Positions 8,030-17,254 of a stretch of DNA of 32,331 bases are shown in pieces (position 1 is the first letter of the stretch; each line of letters begins with the position of its first letter). Where the stretch lies: positions 1 through 32,331 of the forward strand of contig JAPLYW010000005.1 in assembly GCA_026395335.1 (NCBI GenBank), given 5' to 3'. The position numbers were made by a program, and so were the translations under genes. The notes below the pieces were generated by a model. That model was not told where the DNA came from and searched no databases. It saw only the letters and a list, made by a program, of their open reading frames with translations. This DNA comes from Candidatus Shapirobacteria bacterium (GTDB lineage: Bacteria; Patescibacteriota; Microgenomatia; PFEM01; JAPLYW01).

Positions 8030-9823
8030 ATGAGTAAAAAAATGCAACCAGATAAAAAGAAAATATTAAAATCTTATTTTAAAATAAAAAATTGGTGGCA
8101 ACAAACTTTAGTTTACCTTTTAGCTTTTTTGTGTCTAATTATTTTTATCTATCATTTAGCTTATTGGCAAAAAATTTATCCAGGAGTCAAAATTTTAAAT
8201 CAAATCGTCGGTAATCAAACTGTTTCCGAAGCTATTGACATAATAAACCAAAAATTAAATCTACAAAAAACACCCTCTTTTTTAAATCTTTTTGCTGCCA
8301 AACAGCAATGGCAAATTAATCTTGAAGAGATTAGTTTTAGTTATGATCTAGAAAAAACTGTCCAAAATGCCTATCAAATCGGCAGGACAAAACGTACAAT
8401 TAAAGATCTTAAAACTAAATTTAAACTTTGGTTCAAAGAAGAAAATTTACCTTTAGCTTATCAGTTAAATCAAGATTCTTTAGAATCGCAAGTTGCCAGT
8501 ATCGCTTCACAGGTTTTTATTCCAGCCATTGAACCAACAATTAAAATTGATCGGACCCAAGAAAATCCAAAGATTATTATTGAATCGGGCAAAGACGGTC
8601 AGGAGCTAGATAAAAGAAAATTATTATCTTTAGTTAATAATCATTTAGCAGAAGTTGATTTCAGTTCAATTGAACTCCCTTTAATTGAAACTTCCCCTTC
8701 TTTGACTAACGAAGAAACTAAAAATACTCAACAGCGAGCAGAAAAATTTTTAAACAAAAAGATTGTCATCACCGCTGAAGAAAATAAGTGGGAACTTGAA
8801 GAAAATGACTTAATTGGTTTCCTTTCTTTTAAAAACGAATTTGCTCAAGAAAAAATTGCTAGTTGGACAGCCAATCTAGCGCTAACTGTTAACCGTTTAC
8901 CGGAAAATGCCACTTTCCAATTTAATGGGGGCCGAGCTACAGAGTTTCAACCGGCTAAAGATGGACTAACTCTTGATCAAAAAAAGACTACTGACTTAAT
9001 TACTAAAAGTCTTGAGCAAATTGAGAGAGGAGAAACCCCTCAAGAAATTAAATTACCATTAACTAGAACTCCACCCTTAGTTAAAACTGCAGATGTTAAT
9101 AATTTAGGTATTAAAGAATTACTCGGTAAAGGTGTTTCTTATTTCCAAGGTTCCATTGTCAACCGCATTCATAATATTCAATTGGCGACTTCTAAACTTA
9201 ACGGTATATTAATTCCGCCAGGGGAAATTTTTTCTTTTAACAAAAACTTAGGTGATGTTTCTGCCAGCACTGGTTATAAAGAAGCTTATATTATTAAAGA
9301 AGGACGAACGATCTTAGGTGACGGCGGCGGTGTTTGCCAAACTTCAACGACTCTTTTTCGCGCTGCTCTTCAAGCCGGTTTGCCGATTATTGAACGTCAT
9401 GCTCATGCTTATCGGGTAGGTTATTATGAACAAAATTCACCGGTTGGGATAGACGCAACTGTTTTTGATCCAACGGCTGATTTAAAAATTAAAAATGATA
9501 CTCCCGCTTATCTTTTATTACAAACTCATATTGATTTACAAAAGAAAATGCTGACTTATGAATTTTATGGTACTAACGACGGGCGAAAAGTGACTCTAAG
9601 CAAATCCAGAATCTGGGATCAAACTTCTCCACCGCCGGATTTATATCAGGATGACCCTACTTTACCTAAAGGCACAGTTAAGCAAGTTGACTGGCAAGCT
9701 TGGGGAGCTAAAGTCTCTTTTGATTATCAAGTAGAACGCAGCGGAGAAATTCTTCAAAAACAAACTTTTTACTCTAATTATCGTGCTTGGCAATCAGTTT
9801 ATTTAAGAGGGACCGGCCAATGA
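8030..9823 (+). CDS. VanW family protein with N-terminal TM and putative peptidoglycan-binding region
   Basis: RIHNIQLA...LNGILIPPGEIFSFN...GGGVCQTSTTLFRAAL...ERHAH...GIDATV...DLKIKN. Confidence 0.92.
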   Translation: MSKKMQPDKKKILKSYFKIKNWWQQTLVYLLAFLCLIIFIYHLAYWQKIYPGVKILNQIVGNQTVSEAIDIINQKLNLQKTPSFLNLFAAKQQWQINLEEISFSYDLEKTVQNAYQIGRTKRTIKDLKTKFKLWFKEENLPLAYQLNQDSLESQVASIASQVFIPAIEPTIKIDRTQENPKIIIESGKDGQELDKRKLLSLVNNHLAEVDFSSIELPLIETSPSLTNEETKNTQQRAEKFLNKKIVITAEENKWELEENDLIGFLSFKNEFAQEKIASWTANLALTVNRLPENATFQFNGGRATEFQPAKDGLTLDQKKTTDLITKSLEQIERGETPQEIKLPLTRTPPLVKTADVNNLGIKELLGKGVSYFQGSIVNRIHNIQLATSKLNGILIPPGEIFSFNKNLGDVSASTGYKEAYIIKEGRTILGDGGGVCQTSTTLFRAALQAGLPIIERHAHAYRVGYYEQNSPVGIDATVFDPTADLKIKNDTPAYLLLQTHIDLQKKMLTYEFYGTNDGRKVTLSKSRIWDQTSPPPDLYQDDPTLPKGTVKQVDWQAWGAKVSFDYQVERSGEILQKQTFYSNYRAWQSVYLRGTGQ

Positions 9824-10896
9824 TTATTTTAGGAATTGAAACCAGTTGCGATGAAACGGCCGTGGCAATTATTGAAAATGGGAGAAAAATTTTATCTAAC
9901 ATCGTTGCTTCTTCAATTGAACTTCATCAAAAAACCGGAGGTATTATTCCGGAGATTGCTGCCAGAGAACAATTAAAATATATTGTCCCTGCGATTAAAG
10001 AAGCTTTAGAAAAAAGCAGACTAAAACCTAAAGATTTAGACGCTTTAGCTGTCACCAGCGGTCCGGGTCTTATCGGCAGTTTATTGATTGGCGTCGAAAC
10101 TGCTAAAACTTTAGCTTATCTTTGGAAAAAACCGATTGTACCGATTAATCATTTACAAGCCCACCTGTACGCGAATTTCATTCGCGAGCATCCAGTATCC
10201 AGTAGCCCGCTTTGCGGGATTCCTACAGAATGTCAGTGTCCAGTTTTTCCTGCTATTGGGTTAGTTGTTTCCGGCGGCCATACCGATTTAATTTTAATGA
10301 AAAATCATAGCCAGATAAAATGGCTGGGCGGAACCAGAGATGATGCCGCTGGTGAATGTTTTGATAAATGCGCTCGTTTATTAAATTTAGGTTATCCCGG
10401 CGGCCCGGCTATTGCCGCCACAGCGGCAAAGTACATAGTACATAAAACAGAGAACAAAGTTAAATTACCCAGACCAATGATAAACGACGATAATTTTGAT
10501 TTTTCTTTTTCCGGTTTAAAAACAGCCCTTTTAAGCAGGATAAAAGAATTAGAAAATAAAAAAGTAAAAATAAATACTTATGAAATTGCTTACGAAATTC
10601 AGGAAGCGGTTACTGATGTCTTAGTTAAAAAAGTTCTAAAGGCTGTTTCTCAAAACCAAGTTAACTCTTTATTATTAGCTGGTGGAGTTACGGCTAATCC
10701 CCGCTTAAAAGAAAAAATGAAAGAAGCTTTAGAAAAACAGCAAATAAAGATACCTCTTTTTATTCCTGAGCCAAAATTTTGCACTGATAATGCCACTTTT
10801 GTGGCCAGTTGTGCTTTTTTTAATTTTGAGCCAGTCCCTTGGCAAAAAATCCAAGCTGACTCTAGCCTCGAAATCGAAGAAGTGATAAAATTTTAA
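9820..10896 (+). CDS. tsaD: tRNA N6-adenosine threonylcarbamoyltransferase TsaD
   Basis: MIILGIETSCDETAVA, GPGLIGSL, HLQAH, VSGGHT, TRDDAAGECFDK, FSFSGLKT, CTDN. ATG at 9820 overlaps the VanW stop (ATGA). Confidence 0.97.
   Translation: MIILGIETSCDETAVAIIENGRKILSNIVASSIELHQKTGGIIPEIAAREQLKYIVPAIKEALEKSRLKPKDLDALAVTSGPGLIGSLLIGVETAKTLAYLWKKPIVPINHLQAHLYANFIREHPVSSSPLCGIPTECQCPVFPAIGLVVSGGHTDLILMKNHSQIKWLGGTRDDAAGECFDKCARLLNLGYPGGPAIAATAAKYIVHKTENKVKLPRPMINDDNFDFSFSGLKTALLSRIKELENKKVKINTYEIAYEIQEAVTDVLVKKVLKAVSQNQVNSLLLAGGVTANPRLKEKMKEALEKQQIKIPLFIPEPKFCTDNATFVASCAFFNFEPVPWQKIQADSSLEIEEVIKF
10170..10243. repeat. In-frame palindrome plus heptamer insertion in tsaD
   Basis: CGCGAAT-TTC-ATTCGCG hairpin, then CATCCAG TATCCAG, then CCCGC-TTT-GCGGG and ATTC-CTACA-GAAT, then TGTCCAG. 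Confidence 0.8.
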
Positions 10897-10902
10897 GACA
10901 AG

Positions 10903-12975
10903 ATGGAAAAAAATTACGAACCGCAAAAAACGGAAAATAAAATTTATCAATTTTGGGAAAAGGGTAATTATTTTCAACCAATTTTTGATAAAAAGAAAAA
11001 GTCTCAAAAACCTTTTGTGATTACTCTCCCCCCGCCCAATGTTACCGGCGAACTTCATTTAGGCCATGCTCTTTATTGTTTAGAAGATTTAATGATCCGC
11101 TATCATCGTATGTTGGGTGAGCCAACCTTATGGTTACCGGGCTTTGATCATGCTTCTATTGCTGTAGAATACCTAGTCAATAAACAATTAAAAAAAGAAG
11201 GAACTAATAAACAGTATATCGGCCGGGAAGAATTCTTAAAAAGAGCTAAAGATTTTGCTGATAAATCAAAAAGCCATATTAAAAATCAATTAATATCTTT
11301 AGGTTTTTCTCTAGATTGGACACACGAAGCCTATACCATGGATGAAAAACGATCCTTGGCAGTTAAAGAAGCTTTTAAAAGACTTTATGAAAAAGGTTTA
11401 ATTTATCAAGGTGAAAGGATTATTAATTGGTGCTCGAAATGCCAGACCGCTTTATCTGATTTAGAGAATGATTATCAGGAAGAAAAAGGAATTCTTTATT
11501 ATATAAAATACGGCTCCATAACCATTGCCACAACTAGGCCGGAAACAATGTTTGCTGATGTCGCTGTCGCAGTTAATCCTAAAGATAAACGTTATTCAAA
11601 ATTAATTGGCAAAAAAGTTTCCTTGCCATTAACTAATCGCAAAATTCCTATCATTTCCGATGAATCCGTTGATTTAAAATTCGGTACCGGAGCGTTAAAA
11701 ATCACTCCCGGCCACGATCCTTTGGATTTTGAAATCGGTCAAAAACATAAACTAGAAATACTAATCGTAATTAACACCAAGGGCCATTTAACTTCTTTAG
11801 CCGGAGATTATCAAAACTTAACTGTTAATGAAGCTAGAGAAAAAGTTGTTGCTGAATTAAAAAAACAGGGATTGTTAGAAAAAACTCAGGAATTTCAACA
11901 CGCAGTTGGCCATTGCCAAAGATGTGGAACAATTACTGAACCTTTAATATCTAAACAATGGTTTGTTAAAACTAAAACGTTAGCTAAACCAGCTATTGAA
12001 GCGATTAAAAAAGGCAATATTAAAATCATTCCCAAAAAATTTGAAAAAGTTTATTTAAATTGGATGGAAAACATTCGCGATTGGTGTATTTCCCGCCAAC
12101 TTTGGTGGGGACACCAAATTCCAATTGAAGATGAAACTGATGTTTTAGATACTTGGTTTTCTTCAGGACTTTGGCCTTTTGCCACTTTAGGCTGGCCTGA
12201 AAAGACCAAAGATTTAGAAAATTTTTACCCAACTACAGTCAGAGAAACTGCTTACGATATTTTATTCTTTTGGGTAGCCAGAGAAATTATGATGAGTCTA
12301 TTTTTAACCGGTAAAATCCCCTATGAGATCGTTTATCTCCATGGATTAGTTCGTGATAAACAAGGCCAAAAAATGAGCAAAACTAAAGGCAATGGTTTAG
12401 ACCCGTTGGAACTAACCCAAAAATATGGAACGGATGCCTTAAGAATGGCTTTAATTGTCGGAAATGCTCCGGGAAATGATTTTTCTCTAACTGAAGACAA
12501 AGTAAAAGCTTATCGTAATTTTGCCAATAAAATTTGGAATGCGAGCCGGTTTATTCTTTCATACGAACAGCAGAACATAGTGTCCCGCGAAGCGGGATCC
12601 CGCTCCGCGGGACAAAGAACAAAGAGCATAGGAAAACATAAAGACGACATTTGGATTTTGGAAGAAACAGAAAAAGTTATTAAAAAAGTCACTAGTTTTA
12701 TTAACCGTTATCGTTTTGATTTGGCAGCGGAAACTATATATCATTTTTTCTGGCACACTTTTTGTGACCAGTATTTGGAAATAAGTAAAAAGAGAAGAGA
12801 TGAAACCCAATTAACTTTAATACAGGTTTTAGAAACTTCTTTAAAATTACTTCACCCTTTTATGCCTTTTTTAACTGAAGAAATTTGGTGCCGAATGAAA
12901 AATATTTCAGTTGAGCATTCTCGAGACAAAGCGTCGGGACAAAAACCCCTTATTATCACCTCATGGCCAAAATGA
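10903..12975 (+). CDS. valS: Valine--tRNA ligase (compact form)
   Basis: PPPNVTGELHLGH, ATTRPET, GTGALKITPGHD, DWCISRQLWWGH, DVLDTWFSS, KMSKT, LLHPFMPFLTEEIW. Confidence 0.97.
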   Translation: MEKNYEPQKTENKIYQFWEKGNYFQPIFDKKKKSQKPFVITLPPPNVTGELHLGHALYCLEDLMIRYHRMLGEPTLWLPGFDHASIAVEYLVNKQLKKEGTNKQYIGREEFLKRAKDFADKSKSHIKNQLISLGFSLDWTHEAYTMDEKRSLAVKEAFKRLYEKGLIYQGERIINWCSKCQTALSDLENDYQEEKGILYYIKYGSITIATTRPETMFADVAVAVNPKDKRYSKLIGKKVSLPLTNRKIPIISDESVDLKFGTGALKITPGHDPLDFEIGQKHKLEILIVINTKGHLTSLAGDYQNLTVNEAREKVVAELKKQGLLEKTQEFQHAVGHCQRCGTITEPLISKQWFVKTKTLAKPAIEAIKKGNIKIIPKKFEKVYLNWMENIRDWCISRQLWWGHQIPIEDETDVLDTWFSSGLWPFATLGWPEKTKDLENFYPTTVRETAYDILFFWVAREIMMSLFLTGKIPYEIVYLHGLVRDKQGQKMSKTKGNGLDPLELTQKYGTDALRMALIVGNAPGNDFSLTEDKVKAYRNFANKIWNASRFILSYEQQNIVSREAGSRSAGQRTKSIGKHKDDIWILEETEKVIKKVTSFINRYRFDLAAETIYHFFWHTFCDQYLEISKKRRDETQLTLIQVLETSLKLLHPFMPFLTEEIWCRMKNISVEHSRDKASGQKPLIITSWPK
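12581..12614. repeat. 34-bp GC-rich near-perfect palindrome in frame in valS
   Basis: TGTCCCGCGAAGCGGGA|TCCCGCTCCGCGGGACA with one mismatch, flanked by GAACATA, GAACAAA and GAGCATA heptamers. Confidence 0.9.
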
Positions 12976-13619
12976 CATACGAGAATAAAAGAGTTCACTC
13001 CGAGAGTTCACTCCGAGGAGCAAAAGAACAGGAGAGTAAAAAGAGGAATCCTTGGATTTTAAACAAAACTCAAGCTATCCACCGAGTAATGAAACCTATG
13101 GCCGCCAGAATCGGACGCCGGCTAGGTCCTAGCGGCATAGTTTTAGTAACTTTATTAATTATTGGTTCTATTGTTTATCCAAAAGATGAAACCCAAAAAA
13201 TTAAACTCCAATTGATAAATAATCCTTACGATTTGGAAAGCCATTTAAAATTAGCAGAAAAATTTTTACAAAATCATCAATTTACTGAAACAGAAAAAAC
13301 TTTATTATTGACAAAACAAATAAATCACTATTCATTAGCAAACAATAAAGTTCTTGAGGAAAGAACAAATGTAAATTTAGAAAGAATATGGCAAGAAAAA
13401 AATTTATCCGATCCTCAAGATATTAAAAAGCTTATTTCTTCTTGGGAAAAAATTATAGAAGCTAAACCGGATTATCGCGATGGCTATCTTCAACTGGCAG
13501 TTCTTAATTTTAAGCTTTCACAAAAATAAAAAGCAAATTTTTATTTGAAGAAGGCCTTGGAAATTGATCCTAATTTTATAACCAGCCAAAAATTAAAAGA
13601 AATTTTTACTCAGTCTTAG
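12963..13619 (+). pseudogene. TM + TPR protein with an in-frame TAA at 13527-13529
   Basis: The frame continues past the stop: PDYRDGYLQLAVLNFKLSQK*KANFYLKKALEIDPNFITSQKLKEIFTQS*. This is one TPR split by the stop. True start may be ATG at 13089. Confidence 0.7.
12991..13016. repeat. 13-bp tandem duplication
   Basis: GAGTTCACTCCGA x2, followed by GGAG. Confidence 0.85.
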
Positions 13620-14301
13620 TTTCTTCTGGTTTCTTTTCTCCTGCTTTAGGTGTTTCTTCACCAGCTTTTTCCGTTTCACCACCTTCAGCTGTTACCTCTT
13701 CTGCAACTGGAGCAATAACAACTTCTTCTTTAGCTGGCGGTTCTATTTTTGCCAAAACCTCTTTACCATCAGTTAAAATTTTAATTCCTTCGGCAATTTT
13801 AACTGTTTCTACTAAAATAGTATCGCCAATTGTTTTTAGCCCGGAAATATCAACTTCAATTTTTTCTGGTAAATCAGCTGGTAGGGCTTCAACTTCAACC
13901 TCTGACAAAGGTTGAATTAAAATACCAATTTTATCTTTAACTGCTAAAGATTCGCCAATTAATTCCACCGGGACTTTTGTCGTTACTTTTTCTTTTAAAT
14001 CAACTTGGTAAAAATCAGCATGTAATGGCTCGCCACTGGTAGGATGAAATTGAACAGAATGAATTAAAACTGGACGAACATTTTCTTCATCAGTAACTTT
14101 TAATTCCAGTAAACCTGTTTCACCAACTTCTTTTAAGACAGGTAAAAAAGATTTGGCTGAAAGTTGGACTGCTAAAGATTTAATTTTTTTACCATAAATA
14201 TTAGCCGGTAAAATCCCCTTTCTGCGAAGAAATTTTACTTCCCGACCGACAGTCTTTCTTTTTTCAACGCTTAATTTGGTTTTTTCTCTTTTAACAGTCA
14301 T
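13606..14301 (-). CDS. rplY: 50S ribosomal protein bL25 (Ctc type)
   Basis: LRRKGILPANIYG, VQFHP...HADFYQV, EVEALPADLPEKIEVDIS, acidic tail. Confidence 0.96.
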   Translation of the reverse strand: MTVKREKTKLSVEKRKTVGREVKFLRRKGILPANIYGKKIKSLAVQLSAKSFLPVLKEVGETGLLELKVTDEENVRPVLIHSVQFHPTSGEPLHADFYQVDLKEKVTTKVPVELIGESLAVKDKIGILIQPLSEVEVEALPADLPEKIEVDISGLKTIGDTILVETVKIAEGIKILTDGKEVLAKIEPPAKEEVVIAPVAEEVTAEGGETEKAGEETPKAGEKKPEETKTE

Positions 14302-14313
14302 AAAACTATCTTA

Positions 14314-16773
14314 TCATTTTATAAGACTAAATTCAAAGACTAAATCTTGATCAAAACTAGGACTGAGAAAAAGTCCTTCGGTTGTTTGAGCAAACTTTAA
14401 TTTATCGACCAAAGCTGTAACACCTATTGACGGTTGAAGCCAAAAGTTAAAACTCTCATCTTGAATCCCAGGTTGTTTTTGTAGAAAAAATAAATAATGA
14501 CCAATCTCTGATTCCCATTTTTCATCTAACTGATAAACAATCTCTACTGAACGTTTTTCTTGAATTGGAACCTCTATTAAAAATCCAAAAACCTGATAGT
14601 TATGATCTTGTTTTATCTCTCTATCGGTAATTTCTTCTACCTGCCCTGTTTGATTATTAGTAACTTTTAAGCTTATTAATTTACTATTTAATGGAGTATA
14701 AAGTCTAATATAGCTTTTATAACGACCAGCTGGAAAAGCTTCTGAAGGCGATGTATTTTGGTAATCAAGACGTAAAGTTTCTTTAATATCTCCATTTTCT
14801 TCTATTTTTATTTGATGAGAAAGGCTTCTTTTTAAAAAGTAATTGGCTTTATTAATTCCAACATTTGCTTCTATCACCATTAAATAGTCATTTAAACACT
14901 TCGTGTTTGTTACCTGGCACCTAACATTTTTTATCTCTCCTCCCCATGCCAACTCTTGAGCGATCAGTGTCGCTTTATCATCATAAAACCATAAAATTAA
15001 ATCTTTAGCCTTTAAAGAAGGTAATAAATTTTTAGCTAAGCCAAACCAAATTTTCTGATCACCCTGTTTAATTTTTTCAAACAAAACACGAGCAACACTG
15101 CCCAAAAAATCTTGCTTTTGAGTTGAACCTGGGAAAAAATTAATCTCCGAATGGTATTCAGCTCTTTCAAAAAAATTGTCAGCATTAATTTTTTCTTGAT
15201 AATCAGGTAGTTCTATCTCGCCGATTGATTTTAAAATCCGCTGGGCTAAAAACAAATTGACGCCAATTACCCCATCAACTTTTCGACCGGTTTCCTTCTC
15301 CAAAAACCAAGCTGCTTTCAAAGCTGATGAAGGGAAATCAGGATCCCAGTTAGAATCACGAAAATACCAACCGGCTTCACCTAAATATTTTTTCAAATCT
15401 TCCGGCGGCTCAACATGACCTTTTAATTGTCCATCAGCGCTATAAACGTCTTTAATCTCAAAATCCACTAATTGGCCTTCATCAAGAGTTAAAAGACCAA
15501 AACTACCGATAAAACCACCGGTCGGCCGTAACTCACTATTATTTTGGAAAAGAATTAAATAAGTCTGTTTTTTCTCTAAACCAATTAATGAAGGCAAAAG
15601 TTCAATCCCCTTTCTGGCTTGAAGAATAAGATCTCTAGCTTCTTTTAATTGTTCTTTCTCCGGCCGATCACCTATTTGGCTTTCTGCTAAAGAAAGTTGG
15701 CTAAAACTTTGGTCCAGATTAATTTTTATCTCTTTAATTGAGCTATCAATAGACAACGGTTCTTTTTGAAAAATAGATTTTAGGAGACCTTCTAATTGCA
15801 ATGTCGCCTGTAAAAAATTATCAAGACCTTCCGAAACCGTCTCTCCTAAATTTAACAATTTGTTTAATTGTGTTGTTTTCTCCTGACTGAAAAAGTTTAA
15901 AAGTGGGGTTATTTGCCCTAACTGCTCTTCACTTTTCTGAAAAGAATTTAAGGCCGTATCAGCCTGATGGCTGGCTTTTAATAAATTCCCTTGAGTTAAA
16001 GAATTTTTCGCTTGCTTTAAATTTTGTACGCCTAAAAGGCTCCAAAAACCTAAAGAAAGAAAAGGGTAAAAAATTGCTAAAATTAGTAAAGTAATTAAAA
16101 AAGAAATGACGGCTTTTTTGGAAAAAACTTTTGGCAAAATGGGCTTTTTTATTTCTAATTTTTCTTTTTTCGGTTGGTCTTTTAATTGAAAGGATTTCTC
16201 TAATTCCTCTAACCCTTGACTTAGATCAACTTTAGTTTGCCAACCAAGATTTTTATTATTTTCTAAAAGAAAAAATGATTTACCCTTAGTTCCATTACCA
16301 AACATAGCTTTTAACAAACCATAAATAAAATCAGAAATAAAAATCGCTTTTTCTTTTATCGTCCCATCTAAATGTAAGAATTTTTGGTACTCCTTTAAAA
16401 CCATCCCCGGACCATAAACATAAGCAAAACGAATGATTCTAACATTAAGTTTTTTTTCAAAAGATAACTGAATAATTTTATCTTCTAAAGAATCTTTTTC
16501 TGATAATGATGGCAAGGCAAAAAGAAGTTTCGCTTGTGGAGAAACAGAGTCAAGAACTTCTTTGATTAAAACCCAATTTTGATGAAAACAAAAAACATAA
16601 TTGCCTTTTTTAAAAACTTCTAAATCTAAATTTCTAGTAAAAGAAATTGATTGGCAATTGTACAAAAGCAAAGCTTTGTTTAAAAATTCATTGACAAAAT
16701 TTTCTCCGCCAACAATTAAAACTAAAGGTTTTTCTTGACTCTCGCCAACTCTGTGAAAAATTTTATCATTCAT
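14314..16773 (-). CDS. DUF4012-domain membrane protein with a degenerate N-terminal epimerase-like region
   Basis: YLILFQNNSELRPTGGFIGS, RDSNWDPDFP, VDGVI, NVGINKANY; TM segment near residues 220-245. Confidence 0.85.
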   Translation of the reverse strand: MNDKIFHRVGESQEKPLVLIVGGENFVNEFLNKALLLYNCQSISFTRNLDLEVFKKGNYVFCFHQNWVLIKEVLDSVSPQAKLLFALPSLSEKDSLEDKIIQLSFEKKLNVRIIRFAYVYGPGMVLKEYQKFLHLDGTIKEKAIFISDFIYGLLKAMFGNGTKGKSFFLLENNKNLGWQTKVDLSQGLEELEKSFQLKDQPKKEKLEIKKPILPKVFSKKAVISFLITLLILAIFYPFLSLGFWSLLGVQNLKQAKNSLTQGNLLKASHQADTALNSFQKSEEQLGQITPLLNFFSQEKTTQLNKLLNLGETVSEGLDNFLQATLQLEGLLKSIFQKEPLSIDSSIKEIKINLDQSFSQLSLAESQIGDRPEKEQLKEARDLILQARKGIELLPSLIGLEKKQTYLILFQNNSELRPTGGFIGSFGLLTLDEGQLVDFEIKDVYSADGQLKGHVEPPEDLKKYLGEAGWYFRDSNWDPDFPSSALKAAWFLEKETGRKVDGVIGVNLFLAQRILKSIGEIELPDYQEKINADNFFERAEYHSEINFFPGSTQKQDFLGSVARVLFEKIKQGDQKIWFGLAKNLLPSLKAKDLILWFYDDKATLIAQELAWGGEIKNVRCQVTNTKCLNDYLMVIEANVGINKANYFLKRSLSHQIKIEENGDIKETLRLDYQNTSPSEAFPAGRYKSYIRLYTPLNSKLISLKVTNNQTGQVEEITDREIKQDHNYQVFGFLIEVPIQEKRSVEIVYQLDEKWESEIGHYLFFLQKQPGIQDESFNFWLQPSIGVTALVDKLKFAQTTEGLFLSPSFDQDLVFEFSLIK

Positions 16774-16810
16774 AAATTCAATTTTTACATAACTAATGTG
16801 AAAAGCAGAA

Positions 16811-17254
16811 CTAATAAGTTTCTTTGTCTAAAGTTTGATTGACTAAACTATCTGCCTGATAATTTTTTGACCGAGGAATAAAATTATAAAAAATTTTAGC
16901 AGTAACTTTTTTTTCTAACTCTCTGGTTTTAACAATTAAACTTTTCAATTTAAAATCTTTAATTTTATATAAACCATTCAGTTGGCAAACAACTAATTTA
17001 GAGTCTAAATAAAAGTTTATTTTTCTCTTATCTGTTTCATCAATTAAATTGGTAACCAACCAAGATAAGGCTTCAATAACTGCTTGATATTCAGCGACAT
17101 TGTTAGTTGTCGGTCCAAGATATTTCCCAAAACTAGCTAAGATTTTTTCTTGTTGGTTTTTAATGACAACACCAATAGCCGCCGGCCCGGGATTACCTCT
17201 AGCACCTCCATCAGTAAAAATAATTAAATCATTTTTTCCATCTAAATTTGTCAT
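16811..17254 (-). CDS. rnhA: Ribonuclease HI
   Basis: FTDGGARGNPGPAAIG, TNNVAEYQA, DSKLVV, IPRSKNYQADSLVN. Confidence 0.93.
   Translation of the reverse strand: MTNLDGKNDLIIFTDGGARGNPGPAAIGVVIKNQQEKILASFGKYLGPTTNNVAEYQAVIEALSWLVTNLIDETDKRKINFYLDSKLVVCQLNGLYKIKDFKLKSLIVKTRELEKKVTAKIFYNFIPRSKNYQADSLVNQTLDKETY

Noticed and set aside
8030-9823. Vancomycin resistance locus
   Set aside because: A VanW domain alone, without vanHAX/vanRS, is widespread and is not evidence of resistance.
13527-13529. Alternative genetic code or stop reassignment
   Set aside because: TAA, TGA and TAG all end conserved genes normally in this window (e.g. dnaA TAA, valS TGA, rnhA TAG).
2560-16094. Short ORFs at 2560, 4200, 5251, 7004, 10729, 12026, 12510, 12559 and 15903
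   Set aside because: They overlap well-supported genes on the opposite strand and have no recognisable motifs.
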